DNA of 64,000 bases from Takakia lepidozioides (Eukaryota > Plantae > Bryophyta), in the NCBI GenBank assembly GCA_030704615.1, contig CM060731.1:34906001-34970000 (forward strand), given 5' to 3'. This document shows positions 1 to 13,509 of the stretch, piece by piece. Positions within the stretch are counted from its first letter, which is position 1; each line of letters starts with the position of its first letter. Both the position numbers and the translations under genes were made by a program. The notes beneath the pieces were generated by a model, which did not search any database, was not told the DNA's origin, and saw only the letters and a program-made list of their open reading frames with translations.

Positions 1-309
1 GAATGGCAGCCGAGCTTGCCTCCAGTCCTTTTAGTGTGAAATGAGCACCAGAATTTGGTACATTGAACATATGGTTCTATGATGACTGTCCCACTGGCTG
101 TTGGAGGACCAGCAACTTAACACTCCTCAGAAGATGCTGGTCTGGAAGTGGGAAGCAATTTGTATTTTCTTCAATATAAAGCACCATTTCATTTCATTTC
201 ATTCCAATTCTGACGCTTTTTGAAGTCTGTGAATCCACAACCAAAGAGATGCATTTGTAAACAAGCTCTCTACTGCTAGCTGCTAATCTGTGCCCCGGTG
301 TGATTCCAG

Positions 310-2306
310 GAGTTTGGCAAGCATGATAAGGAGCCTGCCAAGTATATCAAGCAATGGACAGGCAATAATACAAAAAGTGGAGCATCATATTCCTGTGATA
401 TAGGATATGAGCGTTTCCTTGCTCCTGAGGTTTGGGCTAGTTACCTGTTTCACCGCAGATCCGTCCTTCCCCCAATTTTGGCACTAGTGTCTGGCTATAA
501 TTGAAATAAAAATGAGGAGAGGAGATTGCTGTTGATTCTCATGCAGTATCCTGGTAGTGTCTGCAATGATGTTGTTGCTCAGTAATCAAAGCATGCATAT
601 ACAGGACGCAGACAAATGTTCTGCAGCCAAGCATGTAAGAAAATTTGCAGGAGTGGATGTTGTTACTGCTAAAGATTCCCAATTTCTTGACCAGGAAGAG
701 CATACTCACTAGATGCAGCAAAGAACTGGGCAAAGTGGCTTATAGACTGTACTCTATAGATACTTATACCAATAGTACTGGTGACCACCATTAGCTTGCA
801 TATGTGCTCAGGTATTTTTCTCTCCAGAAATTTATAGCAGTGACTTTACAGTGCCGCTGCCAGAGGTCGTTGACAAGTGCATCCAGTCCTCGCCAATTGA
901 TACACGTCGGGCCCTGTACAAGGTTCGTTCCATACCCTTTGGAAAGAGTACTATATCCAGCTCTTTGTTTGTACTACTCATACTGCAATGAGTATTTTCT
1001 TCCCATGAGCTAACCCTGGTCCTAAAGAGGATCTCTGAAGGTTATATACGGCCAAGGTTCCTGAAAGAGCTCGAGTAACTATTTCACCTGTAAACTGACA
1101 CTAACATACACTAATGGACATTCATTGAGTGTAGTGGATATATGTAATCAATTATCTTGGCCTGTGGGGAAGAGATTTCAGTGACTGCTGGTTTGGAAGT
1201 ATGTCAATATCTAGTGCATAGTAATCAAATACAGTATGTTTGCATGTATTGCTTGGAATGCAATTTGTTGGCCAGGAACATAGTCAATGGCTTTGACAAA
1301 GCTTTTGGTTGCAATTTTCCAGAACATTGTCCTCTCAGGAGGCTCTACCATGTTCAAAGATTTCCAGAGACGACTACAGCGTGACATCAAAAAGATTGTA
1401 GATGCACGGACCCTGTCTTCAGAGACTCGAAATGGTGGGACACTAAAAGTGGGTACTTTCTGCAGCTGAAATCGCTGTATCTTTCTCTCTATCTCCATAA
1501 TAGGTTTGTTTTGCTGATTTTGCAAAGCATTTACTTAAATCTGTCAGAGGGTAACATGCTTGATGGTAAATTTCCACACCCCCAGCTTTCATGGCCGTAT
1601 CCTAATGATAATGGATGAAGTGAGAATCAATCTCCCCAGGTTCAGTGGTCGGTCTTCCCGAGCGTTGTTGCCCAGCAGACTGCTCCTCCTGGGGTATGCA
1701 GTTATTCTGCAAGCCTGAAATCGGCAGCCCTTTTTCTAGTGTTCTTTTGCAATGAGGTGTTAATTTCGACTTGCTTGTCTTGAGATGGACTTTGATATAA
1801 GTTCACCACACTGACTGGAAGAATGGGTGTGGGAATGGACAGGCACAAGCAGTGGATGTGAATGTGGTGGGGCATCCCATGCAACGCTTTGCAGTTTGGT
1901 TTGGAGGCTCCCTTCTCGCTTCCACACCGGACTTCTATAATGTACCCTTCTGTCTGCTTCTATACTCAGATTGCTGGAATAGTGGTTACAGGGTGCCTAA
2001 TTGTCTTGAAACGTCTTCTACAGGTTGCTGGGTTGAACCATGGAAGCATTAATTCAGAACCTCAGAATCGAGGTAGAATGGTCCTCGAATATCTTTAGCA
2101 TTTTTAATAGGCTCTTTGACATGTAAGTCTCATGGCAATATTTTTCAGTAGTTCCTTTTTCTGAGAAGAGGAGGGTAAATGGGATTGCACAGGTATTAAT
2201 TCTCTGTAGTTTCCTTGTGTCACAGGCTTGTCATACCAAGGCAGAATATGAGGAGTATGGGTCTAGTATTTGCCGCCTCAACCCTGTCTTCAAGGGCATG
2301 TACTGA
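310..2306 (+). CDS. ARP3: Actin-related protein 3, last five exons (310-429, 812-922, 1323-1448, 1843-1941, 2226-2306); 5' part lies upstream of the window
   Basis: GT-AG spliced translation [16 protein letters not shown]...YERFLAPE|[12 protein letters not shown]...[10 protein letters not shown]|[29 protein letters not shown]...|...[20 protein letters not shown]|[26 protein letters not shown] matches the plant ARP3 C-terminus. Confidence 0.95.
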
Positions 2307-3567
2307 TGCCTCTTTACAGCAGTTTTGATCAATAGTCCATCCCTTTTCTGCAGGAAGGGCTTGGTGTGTCCTCCTTTGGCATTCCATTCTGTTTCATACT
2401 GTTACATACGAAAGAGAACATGCTTTGCAAAGCGTGCTGCATGATTTGCTGCAGGGTATCTTGAGTGGTGACTAAAGCTCAAGTTGAGACATGATAAATG
2501 ATTGTGTTGATAAATGATCTGATGTCTTAGTTCTGGTCTTTTCGAAACTGGCTGCTTGTGAGTGCACTGCAAAAGAGCTATTATTTTATATGGAATTGTA
2601 GATGTAGGAGTATTCACATTGATTTCCAGTCAATGGTGGATATAGGAAGCCGTCTGAGGGAATGTATGACATCTAGAGAGGCATAGATGAGTCCCATGTA
2701 GAAACAGCATAAATAGTTACATTTTTTGGAGAGAGATTGTACTCATAAGACGTTGTTTGCCGTAGCCTTGTGGCCATTGACCCCGCGTCCAGTTTGAGCG
2801 GGAAAGAGAGAGAGAGAGAGAGTATATTCATTTTATTTATTTATTTATTTTTATTTGTTTTTAGAGATATTCATTCTAGTTCACCTGATAGACAAATAGA
2901 TATAAAGGAATTTCATAACCTCCTTGACGTCCAATGGTTATGCTTTTGGACTTTTGTCGTTCAACAAAATGGTTCTGCGTTGTGTTTGGCTTTGAACAAT
3001 GCTATATTCCCACATTCATCGGGGTCCACTGAGCTGTTGTCCTGACTTGCATGACATTGTTCTAGTGATATTAATCAAACCCAATTTTTTTCATGGATTA
3101 TAAGAGTGCACATGGCATGGAGATTTCAACACACGCCTTTATGAGATTAACTAGTTTGAGGATTGATGGACTTACAGAGGAAGAAATTGAGGTTTCCAAA
3201 GCAGATTAGTATGTTAAGTATGTACTCTGTATTTCGTCGTTCAAGTCAGCTGAACTTTTATTCAAAACGAGAGTGGTGGGTGTAGTGGGAAGATCAATAA
3301 TCGTCTATTTTCCGTCTTGGGATGAATGTTGATGAAAGCCTTAAGATCTTAAGGAAGTAGATGTTCACTTACTTCTAGTAGCTGATTGATCAGCTCTAAG
3401 TAGCTGAGTGATCAGCTTTTTGTGCCCACATCAGTAAAACATATAAGACAGACAGTGCACACCTGAAACTGCACACATTTCTTAAATGATCCATTTTAGG
3501 TGTTACTACCTTACTCACCTTCTGATGTACAATGAGCTCTCGGTTACTATAGCTGCTAGCTGAGAAT

Positions 3568-5127
3568 GGAAGATAATAGGAATAATGTAAGAACTTAATG
3601 CAAGCGCGTCAGGACGGTCCAGCCCTGACACCCGTACCCCCGGTTCTTCGCCTCCGGCAAACATCGAAAGGCAGCCGGCTGGGCTCGGTCAATCCCTCCC
3701 CACCCCCGCCCTCATCCCATCGGCGTCGTCGCCCCTGCGTCGTCGTTCTGCGACACCAGTCCGCCGCTTCCAGCAGTCCGCCAGTTCCCTGTAACCCCCG
3801 CCCCGGGTTCCCTCTGTAACTCCGCCGAGTGTAACCCACACCACCATGTAACCCTCTGTAACCCATGTAACCTCTATACACCGCAGAGTGTCACCCCCAC
3901 CCCTACAATAACCCTCACTACATCTACACCTTCTGTAACCCATGTAACCCTCTATAACACCCAGAGTGTCACCCCCACCCCTATGTAACCCTCACTACAA
4001 TGTAACCCTCTGTAACACTTTTCACACCCTCTATAACCCCGCAGAGTGTCACCTTTGGTCCCCCCACCCTATGTAACCCTCACTACATGTAACCCTCCTG
4101 TAACACTTTGCAACCCCTGTAACCCTATGTAACCCTCTGTAACCCTGTAACCCTCTGTAAACACCGCAAGTGTAACCCTCACTCCCATGTTAACCTTTGG
4201 TAACCCTTTTGTAACCCATGTAATCCCTCTGTGACCCTCTGTAACCCATGTAACCCTCTGTGACCCCTTTGTAACCCTCACCACCATGTAACCCTCTGTA
4301 ATACCGCAGAGTGTCACCCTAACCCTCACTCCATGTAACCCTCTCTGACCCTCTGTAACCCTCACCACCATGTAACCCTCTGTAACCCATGTAACCCTCT
4401 GTGACCCTCTATATCCCTCACCAGGTGTAACCCTTACCACCATGTAACCCTCTGTAACACCGCAGAGTGTCACCCTCGGCCACCATGTACCCCCGTAAAC
4501 CTCACAAACCCTCTGTGACAAACCGCACCAGTAACCCTCACTCATGTAACCCTCACAAACCCATCTGTGGCTCTGTAACCCATGTAACCCCTCTGTACCA
4601 AACGCCAGAGTGTCGCCTCACCCCTTATGTAACCCTCACTCATGTAACCCTCTGTAACCCTCTGTAACACCGCAGAGTGTCACCCTCACCCCTATGTAAC
4701 CCTCATTCCATGTAACCCTCTCTGACCCTCTGTAACCCATGTAACCCTCTGTGACCCTCTATATCCCTCACCAGGTGTAACCCTTACCACCATGTAACCC
4801 TCTGTAACACCGCAGAGTGTCACCCTCGCCACCATGTAACCCTCACTCCATGTAACCCTCACAAACCCTCTGTGGCTCTGTAACCTATGTAACCCTCTGT
4901 AACACCGCAGAGTGTCGCCCTCACCCCTTATGTAACCCTCACTCCATGTAACCCTCTATAACCCATGTAACCCTTTGTAACCCTCACCACCATGTAACCC
5001 TCTGTAACACCACAGAGTGTCACCTCTCACCCTATGTAACCCTCACTCCATGTAACCCTCTCTGACCCTCTGTAACCCTCACCACCATGTAACCCTCTGT
5101 AACCCATGTAACCCTCTGTAACACCGC
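3568..5127 (+). repeat. Left TIR: about 240 bp unique GC-rich terminus followed by a tandem array of TGTAACCC/GTCACCC units
   Basis: Near-identical to the reverse complement of 16836-18243; dozens of TGTAACCC(TC) units are visible. Confidence 0.93.
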
Positions 5128-5294
5128 CTCGTGTACATCATACACGTGTAAACTATCCGACGGCCGAATGGAGGTTTAAATAGAGGTCGAAACCCTAATT
5201 TGCTCTCTCCATCCGTTTTTCAGATTCCTAGCTCGCTCGTTTTTTTGCTTTGGGGCATCAGCTTTCTGCAATTCCCATGGTCGCCCAATCGGCT

Positions 5295-5627
5295 TCACAC
5301 ATCAATGCGAAAGATTTGTAGTTCATTCAGTTCAGTATCGTCATCCCAGCAACATACAAGACAACGCTTTCCGCGCAGCGATCCGTCAAATCTATTACTA
5401 CGGTTTTCTCTACGATTGATACGGTTGTCTCTATTCTTTTTCTTTCTCAATGTCATTCTTGTTGTTTTGTCACCGTCCCCGATGGCTATGGTATTCCTAA
5501 GATCCGCATTAGGAAAGGGTTTTGTTTCTTTCGGTCTAGCCATGCAAGCAGCCGCTCATTTGGGGTGCCCATTCACTCTCCTCTCGTGTATCTTTTGTTC
5601 ACACACCAGCCGGGGCAGCCTACTCAT
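5295..5627 (-). pseudogene. Degenerate paralogue of the N-terminal domain of the 6433 gene
   Basis: MSRLPRLVCEQKIHERRVNGHPK*AAACMARPKETKPFPNADLRNTIAI aligns to KGRPK[FKCPYC..H..]TAACMARPKGTKPFPDAELKHAMAV; the zinc finger is deleted and there is an in-frame stop. Confidence 0.7.
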
Positions 5628-6432
5628 CGCTAATTATGGATGCAATACGTATCGAATCATGCGTGTTTGCAAGCACTGTCAACCGGTTACATGTCTGATG
5701 GTTTATATGACTACCTCACGTGTGCTATGGTTACACACAGGGGGTTACACGGTGTTTTCTTTCTCAATACATGCTGGCTTGGTAGACGGTTTAGTAATGG
5801 AGGTTTAGATGGGGTTGACATGTTTGATGGGTTACGTGGATGTTGCGCTCGCGGAGCCACATAGGCTAGGGTTACATGGGTGGGGCGTTACATTGACCAT
5901 GTTTACCTGGAGGTTGCATACTAATGGTTTGATATGACAGGGTTACATCGATGTTGTGTTCGGGAGTCACATAGACTAGGGGTACATGAGGTTGTGACGA
6001 AGGGTTACATCATATGTGGGTACCTGACGGAGGGTTACACTCGACGTGCCTGGCATGCGGGTAACGGCCGGTTTGTCGCGCTCACAAGTGTAGGGTTACG
6101 GGTTACACTCCGCTATTCCGGGTGACACCGGGATTGCAACTCATACACGTGTGAGTCAGTGCGGATATAATTGATTGCAAGCCGCCAGATTTTAATGAAC
6201 CGCCGTCTTTCGCTTAACCGACGTGCCTTACGGGTGACATCTAGCTAGCTTCGTTCTTCGTTCTTGATCATTGTTCAGTTTTCCCCTTCTCGCAGCCTTT
6301 CATATTCTTCCTGCACTCCTTGTGCGTGCTCCCTGTTGTGCGTTCTTCGGAATTCTCTTGGTCTTGGTCTTTTCTTGTCTTGTCTTTTCTTGCTCTTGCT
6401 CTTCTCTTCTCTCTGTCAGCTTTTTCTTTGTC

Positions 6433-8349
6433 ATGGCTGATTGTTATTTGTTCCCTGGAGAGGCTACTATTCCATTTGATCACTTGAAAAGGGATGGCGA
6501 ACGAGTTCGCTTCTGGTACACTGAGCATGAGCATGCTACAATGATCGCGTACTGCCACACCAGGTGTAGAGAGGCCAAGGTGGAGGGAGCAAAGGGCCGG
6601 CCTAAGTTCAAATGTCCTTATTGTGGGGCAGTAAAGGTAGATAAGAGCAGATTGAATCGGCATATTGTCGATGGAACGGCCGCATGTATGGCCAGACCGA
6701 AAGGAACAAAACCGTTTCCTGATGCGGAGCTCAAGCATGCCATGGCTGTTGAAAATGTGATGAATTCTGTTCCAGCTTCTTCTGTTGATGCATATCATGC
6801 ATGGATTCTGCAAAATAGGGTGGCTTTGGGTGAGATTGCAGATCCTATTGAAGTGCCTGCTGTTGTACCTTCTTCGGCTATTTCTGCTACAGAGGTTCCA
6901 TCTTCTGGTGCTCCTGCTGTTTCTGTCCCTGGTCCTTCTATTCGGCAGGTTTCTAACGAGAGAGACAAGCGGCGATTGAGCCCGCCTCTACCTGTCCCTA
7001 TTGCAAAGAAAATCAACATTGGAAACCGGGAAACCGGAGCTCAAGGTTCATCTTGCGAAAGCGAACTCCAGGCTCAATCCTTCTGCTACCGCATGGCCTT
7101 ATTCCTCAGTTCCCATTTCCGAATGTCAATGAGAAGGGGTTTTGGCCGGCATTCCAAGAATTTGTTGCGCGAGGCGAGGGCGCAGTCCATGCGACAGCTG
7201 CAAAATCAAGTTGTTCTATCGACAGACAATCAAGTTGGACCTGCTTTCTCTCTTTTTCAAATTTTGGGCTGTTGTCTATCCATGTAACCCCCTTGTGTTA
7301 CCCCCCTGTCTCTGTGGGTAAGTGTAACCCACCTACAGAGGACAAAAAAAAACCCCTATGGTGTAACCCACCTCTGTGTAACCCCGTGTAGCCCATCTTG
7401 TTTGTAACCCATTTCATGTGTAACCCCTCGTGCTGTAACCTTTTCTCTGGTGTAACCCCTCACGCTGTATTGCGCAGGGAGCTCGATATCATCTTAGAAG
7501 CGATGATATGGACAGTGTTGTTGCTGCCCACAAGGCGTTTACTGCCCAGCCGGATCATGGTGTTTAAGAGGAAAATCGGGTGAAGGAGTATTTAGAGAGC
7601 ATTGGGCATCCTGACATGCCAAAGCAGAAAAAGAAAAAAGGTGGGAGACTTACACGAGTCCATCGAGAGAGCCAAGCCTCACATGATGATGACACGATGG
7701 ACGAACTAGCTGTTGGCAATACCGACCTTGACGATGCCAGAACTTCAAATCCTCTTGTCATCACTATTACTGTAGATGGAATCAAAGGTTTGGTTGTTCC
7801 AGATCCGTTGGAATTCACTCGTGGTTTTGCCGAAGGATTGATCAGTCAAATGGAGAATCTCACCAAACCGCACATTGGACCGCCACCACTCCTTTTGAGA
7901 ATTCTGGCCCACAACGATGTAAGAAATCATGGCAGGTCAGTTTCCCAAACGCATCCCAGGTTGGGGTTCACGACTGAACTTCTGGAAAGTGCTCTTACGG
8001 CCTCAAAGGTGAAGGACCTGGTCGATGAGTATTACGGCTTTAGTCTGATGTACTTTGCACAACCTGGTGACGGAATTGCGACCTTGGATTCTGAGCTCGA
8101 AGACTTAAGATCGAGTTTGAGTACAGAAGAGTGGGGTGACCGGTCAATTAAGATCAACGGAGCTATACAGTTTTGCAAGGCAAGCCGTCGTCGCGCCGCC
8201 CATCACTTTGCGATCCAACAGAGAGAATCGTTTATCCAGCTTTGGTGTTGTGGCCTCTTCAGCGAATCACCAACAGAAATGGACTTCAATGCGCGTTTGG
8301 GCATCCAGTATATGAGAGACCTTGGGTCTGTAGTGCCTTGGTATCTCTG
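6433..8349 (+). pseudogene. MULE accessory gene with a C2HC-like zinc finger (CPYC-x12-H-x7-C) and an unknown downstream domain; frameshift and stop; may continue into the Ulp1 gene
   Basis: ORF 6271-7287 (ATG 6433), probable frameshift near 7050, motif-filled intron to the acceptor at ~7478, then GARYHLRSDD..GV*EENRVKEYLESIGH in frame with ORF 7580-8389, donor GTAAGT at ~8349. Confidence 0.55.
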
Positions 8350-10610
8350 TAAGTGTTACTCCATCCACTGTCACCCTCTCGTCGTGTAACCCCTTTGTGT
8401 GTAATCTTGTAATCATTGTAACCCTCGCTATGTGGAACCTTGTAACTCAGTGTAACCCTCGTTGTGTGTAACCCTGTAATCAGTGTAACCCTCTGTAACC
8501 CTGTACCCCTAATGGTACCCCTCGTTGTGTACCCTCGAACCCTCTCATGGTAGTGTAACCCATTGCAAACTACTGTCTCTAACAGGGTGGTGTAACCACA
8601 TCGTGTAATCCGAACCACTGTCTTGTCCTAGTCAGTGTAACCCTTACATAGTGTAACCCTTGCACTTTCAAAAACCTCGTTCCACGACTAAAAACCTTTG
8701 TCTTTTCCCCGATGCAGATGAGTCCGAGCTCATGACCAATCAAGTCGCCAATGCGTTCAAAAACCTTTTTGAGGCTCAACGTGAGCTTCACGAAGTTGTG
8801 TATGGGGCCCCTCCACAATGCGATACAGGGGCGCAGGGGGCGCGCAGACGAGCGATGGGCCAATTTCCGCCCCGCAGAGCGACGATGTACATGACGAGGA
8901 CATCATTCCAAGTCAATCTGCCGTTGTATCTTTGTCGCAGGTTGGTGAATTGTACTCAACCCAGCTGCACTTAGGGGTGAACCTAGCAGACTTGACGCGG
9001 GATTTGCCATGAATTCTGATACTGATACTGAAGATGATACATCAAGGTGGAACACCCAAGTGCGAACCTCTTTGTCCGCAGCCCCAGTCATTTCTTTTGA
9101 AGGTCTTAATCGAAGAATCGGGGACCCGCTTGACCCAGAGTCTGTGTATGACTTTGAATCTGGAGATGCTGGGTTGAACCCTCGATGCAGCAATGTAAGT
9201 ATTTGTCAGGATCATGTGGTCAACCTCTCTCAGAATGACCCAGCCTTCGTGGGTCCCATTGATGCGCAGGGTGACACTGCAAGGGGAGGATGCCCTGAAA
9301 CCGAGGGTTACACTGCACCTGAGGGTGACACTGTGCAGAGAGGAGCAACAGGGAAGGAGGGTTACACTGCACCTCAGGTGACACTGCGGATACCGTGTGG
9401 CTGACAATGCCGTGAGGGACATTGTCGTGGGTGACACACCATTGCCCGTGAACACTGCAACTTCCGTTGAGAGTGACATTGACATGGGTTACACTGATAG
9501 GGGTGACACCCCACAGCCAACCCACATGGTAGATGTCAGTGAGTGTAACACTGCCATGGATGACATTCCACTACCACTAGTCGTGGAAGGTGACACTCCT
9601 TTGCCACGGCCACTAGTCGCGACGGATGACGGTCTTCCGCTAGTCAACATGGTCTTGGAGGGTGCGGAGAAGGGACACAATCAAGGATGGCATTGAGGAG
9701 GTTGATGCAAAGAAGAGTGACATCGACATGGGTGACACGGGGAAGGGTGTCACCGAGGAGGTTGTCAGTTGGAAGGGTGACACAAAGCAGGGTCACACTG
9801 AGAAGCGTTTCACTGTGGAGAGTCACGAAGAGAGGATGTTGCGGAGCATCTAGACACTGAGAAGAGTGACACTGCCAAGGGTGACACACATAAGATTGTT
9901 ACTCAGCAGAGTGACACTGGGAAGGAACCCGATGAGAAGGGTGACACTGCGAAGAGTGACACTGATAATGCGGCCAAAGAGAAGGGTGACACTGAGGTGA
10001 CACTGAGAAGGTAAGAGAAGGGTGACACTGAGACGTGACACTAGCCGAAGAGAAGGGTGACACTGAGAATCGTGACACTGAGGAGGTAGCCGAAGAAGGG
10101 TGACACTAAGAAGCGTGTGACAAGGGGTTTGAACAGAAGGGTGACACTGACAGGGGTAGCACCGAGGAGGTGAGCTGTGACACTTCTGCCCTTGGTCAAT
10201 CACCTCCCAGCACGTCTCAGACGAGGGAGTAGTCTTCAGCACTTGCAGCAAACTCAGAACAAGGCACCTCTGGCTCAGAAATTCCCCCTACCGGCGGCAT
10301 TGTCAGGGTTGCAGAGAATCCCAGGAGGTCAAAACGGCCGCCTGCTCAAAGAAAGCGGTTGGCTGAACCCCCTAGCGCTGACAAAGAAGTATCTGTTCTT
10401 GTCGCACCCAAAAAACAGCGAACCAAACCGAAAGGCAAAAGTGCAGGGGTCTCGGAGGTTGACGTTGTCCAGCAGCAAGAGGTCCTTGCCAAGCACTTGC
10501 GGGAGCGTTCGAGGTACCTCATTGTACTTTGATCCTCTCTGATTTTGAATATTGATTATAACTCTTGTATGATGCATCGTAATGTTCGTAATGTGCGGTT
10601 TGTTGTGCAG

Positions 10611-11637
10611 ACTAAAACAACGGTACTTGACAAAGTTCAGAATGGTGTCGGACCCTCCTGGGGCGCCCGAAGTGAAGTTTTATTATGGCGATGCCTTCCT
10701 GGCTTCTAGTCCGTTACAGTTTTACTTGGAAGAGACAGATTTTGAGCCGATGTATAAAATAAGAGCAACTGTCACAGATGCATTGCTCTCGGGTTACAAC
10801 AAACTTCTGGAGGCCAAATTGTTTAAGGCTATCGCACCTGAGTTTGTCATCTGTGCTCCTTTCCAATGGCATGTCATGCGTACCAATGGTAACGATCTGC
10901 AGACGCTATTCGGGTTGGTGCAAGAATGGTACACTCAGGATGCCCGAGGGATGGTGTTCACAAAGAATCGAGATCTTGTGGACGTGGTTGTCATCCCTAT
11001 TGTCTTCGAGTAAGTAATTTCAGCGTTGACTGAGCATGTTGGGTTACACTCCTCTATTCTAGACTGAGTTGCACTAGTGACTGCTGACTAGTTGTGTAAC
11101 ACCGTTTAGAGTTACAGTACAAAGGGTTACACTACTGGGTTGGGTTACACCACAATGGGTTTCATTGGAGATGTTTTTTTTCTATTCTGACGTAACGGCT
11201 TTGTTTGTGTTGCAGTGATCACTGGAGTGTTGCTGTTTTAGAGCGCCGAGGTCGGATAGTACATTTGGACTCCCATAAAACCATTGCCCGACCCAAACTC
11301 ATTGAAGGAATTTTGCGAAATTTTGCCATAGCGTTCTTTGATTTCATGCCTGGATCTGATGACTTCAGTTACGTCATGGAGAGGATGGAATGGTTTGAGG
11401 CCAGTGTCCCCCCCACAACGGAGCTGTTGGGAGTGCGGCTATTATGCACTTTGTTTTGTGCAATTTTACTTGGAGTGGAAGTTCAATGTGAAAACCACAG
11501 AAGATCGAACCCGTCATAGGCGGGCGTTTACTGCAAGTTGGTTCAACGAGTCAACCATGATAGCTTCCCGTACTCATATGATTAGTTGGCTGTGTGACGA
11601 GATGGACAAAGACTTGGTCAGATGGCCAAAGAAATAA
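10611..11637 (+). pseudogene. Ulp1/SENP-like C48 cysteine protease domain (MULE cargo); frameshift in a C7 run at 11408-11414
   Basis: Spliced VDVVVIPIVFE|DHWSVAVLERRGRIVHLDSH...EWFEASV/PQRSCWECGYYALCFVQFY gives the catalytic His, Asp, Gln and Cys of C48 peptidases. Confidence 0.85.
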
Positions 11638-13012
11638 ATAGCGTCTCTTGATGCATTTTTGCTTCTATGTGGTTTGTTCGTAACACTTCACAGTTTGGGT
11701 TTCATGCAATGGGCTTACATGGGGTTACACCTTATAAGGTTACATGAAGTGGAATCATAGACAAGTACTTGGGTACACCTTTGGGCCCTGGGGCAATGGG
11801 CTTACACTCTGTGGGTTCACACATAAGTGATGGGTTACACCATGCCGGGTCTCACAACGTGGGGTTACACTTATGGGTTACATACAATGGGCCTAGGGTT
11901 ACATGGTTGGGCCTTCCTGGCTATGTCAGGGTCACGTTGCTGAAACAGTATACTTTCGTGGCATGTAACCCCACCTCGACTATGCGCATTTGTTTTATTT
12001 TTTATTTTTTTCGCACTGAAGTGTTTGTGCACTGAAGTTCTCAGATTTATACTACATGGGGTTACATACATGAGGGCTATGTACAATGGGTTACATACGA
12101 TGGGGTCACAATAGTGTGGGGGTAACATCTGGTCGGGCTACATACTTCTTGGAGTTACAACACTCTGGGTTACACTCACTCAAGAGGGTTACACAGTTCT
12201 AAGTTACACTGTGCACAATGAAAGTGGCAGGGTTGCCTATACAAGGGCTACGTGTCGTGGGGATACATAAGATGGGGTGATGTAGCATCGGGTATAGCGT
12301 GCACCCCAAATTGTACAATGGGTTACATGCGATGGGGTGACATCAATGGGGGTTACATGTGGTCGGGATACATACTTCTTGGGGTTACACAACAACAAGT
12401 TACACTCCGGAGGGCTACACTGGTCCATAACATAGGTTGAACGGAATGATTATCTATCTCATGGATTACACGTCCATGGGTTACACACAAATTGGGTTAC
12501 ACATAGAGGGTTACACATACAGGGGCTAGTGTTGGTGACTAAAGGTGCTCGACTTCAGCATCTTCCCACTCTGTATTGAAGGGTCATGTAACCCCGGCAG
12601 ACTAACCCAGACCCTGTAGTCACATTGTAGTCATCGACTTATAATTCTCAGAGTTACACCACTGACAGCAATATTCTATGGGGTTACATACTGGGTTACA
12701 CTGTTGATAGTTACATTGCGTTACACTTGGAGTTACACCACAATGAGTTACACTGAAGAGGTTCACACTCATCTGTGTTACTGTGTGGAGTACCACAGAT
12801 GCGAGTTACACTAAGTAGAGCTATGTTACGTTATGAAACCCCAGACGGTGTAACCCTGGGTGTCACCCCGGCCCATGGGTGTCCCATTGAGTGGGTTACA
12901 TAGGTTGAATGTGGATGGAATGGCAAAGTGAATAACAACCCATGAACAGACATGTACTTCATATTAAACTTGGTGATCACAAAATAAGTGTCATTGCCAA
13001 TGGACTCAATGG

Positions 13013-13501
13013 TCACTTACTACGGAACCGGTCTACAAAATCTACTTTCCTGGCAAGGGACATGTTGTTTCCATCATCATTTTTTATGAATGGAACTGCT
13101 TGAAGAGGGTGCAACAGACCTTTGTCGATTCTAACTTGTAAAGTGGACAGCCTCCCACGAACACAACGAAGCTCGGCAAGCAGATGTTTGCGCATTGTTT
13201 CACTCTCATTGCCAAGAAGCGACAGGGACTTCATCTCAGATTCAATTGATGAAACATCCGATGGCTCCTGCCGACCACGCTGGGATGATGCTGAGCACTC
13301 CGTAGGCTCTGCTAGATCTCACAACTTCCTCCTCTGCCATCAATATCTGGAAGTTCCGATTTCATCAACATGTGAAGACCTCCATGAATGGTCCCGAGCT
13401 TTGTGCCACAGAGCTTCACAATAAGCCCTTCCTTCAGATTTGGCTTCATCAATTGAAGAATGCGGATTTGATGTTTGCACAAGTTACCCTTCAAAGCCCA
13501 T
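13013..13501 (-). pseudogene. Stop-interrupted ORF remnant of unknown function inside the MULE
   Basis: Motif-free stretch with protein-like reading (..YCEALWHKARDHSW..RYWWQRRKL*DLAEP..MKSLSLLGNESETMRKHLLAELRCVRGRL..) flanked by motif arrays. Confidence 0.4.
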
Positions 13502-13509
13502 GGACGCAG

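Noticed and set aside
3598-4667. ORFs in the left TIR and array (VTEGY/GYRGLH repeats)
   Set aside because: Translation by-products of the GGGTTACA array, mirrored at 17116-18226; no domain content
3790-5127. Telomere or interstitial telomeric repeat (TAACCC-like)
   Set aside because: The unit is TGTAACCC, not plant CCCTAAA. It is degenerate, mirrored, and enclosed by TIR ends and a TSD, so it is part of the transposon
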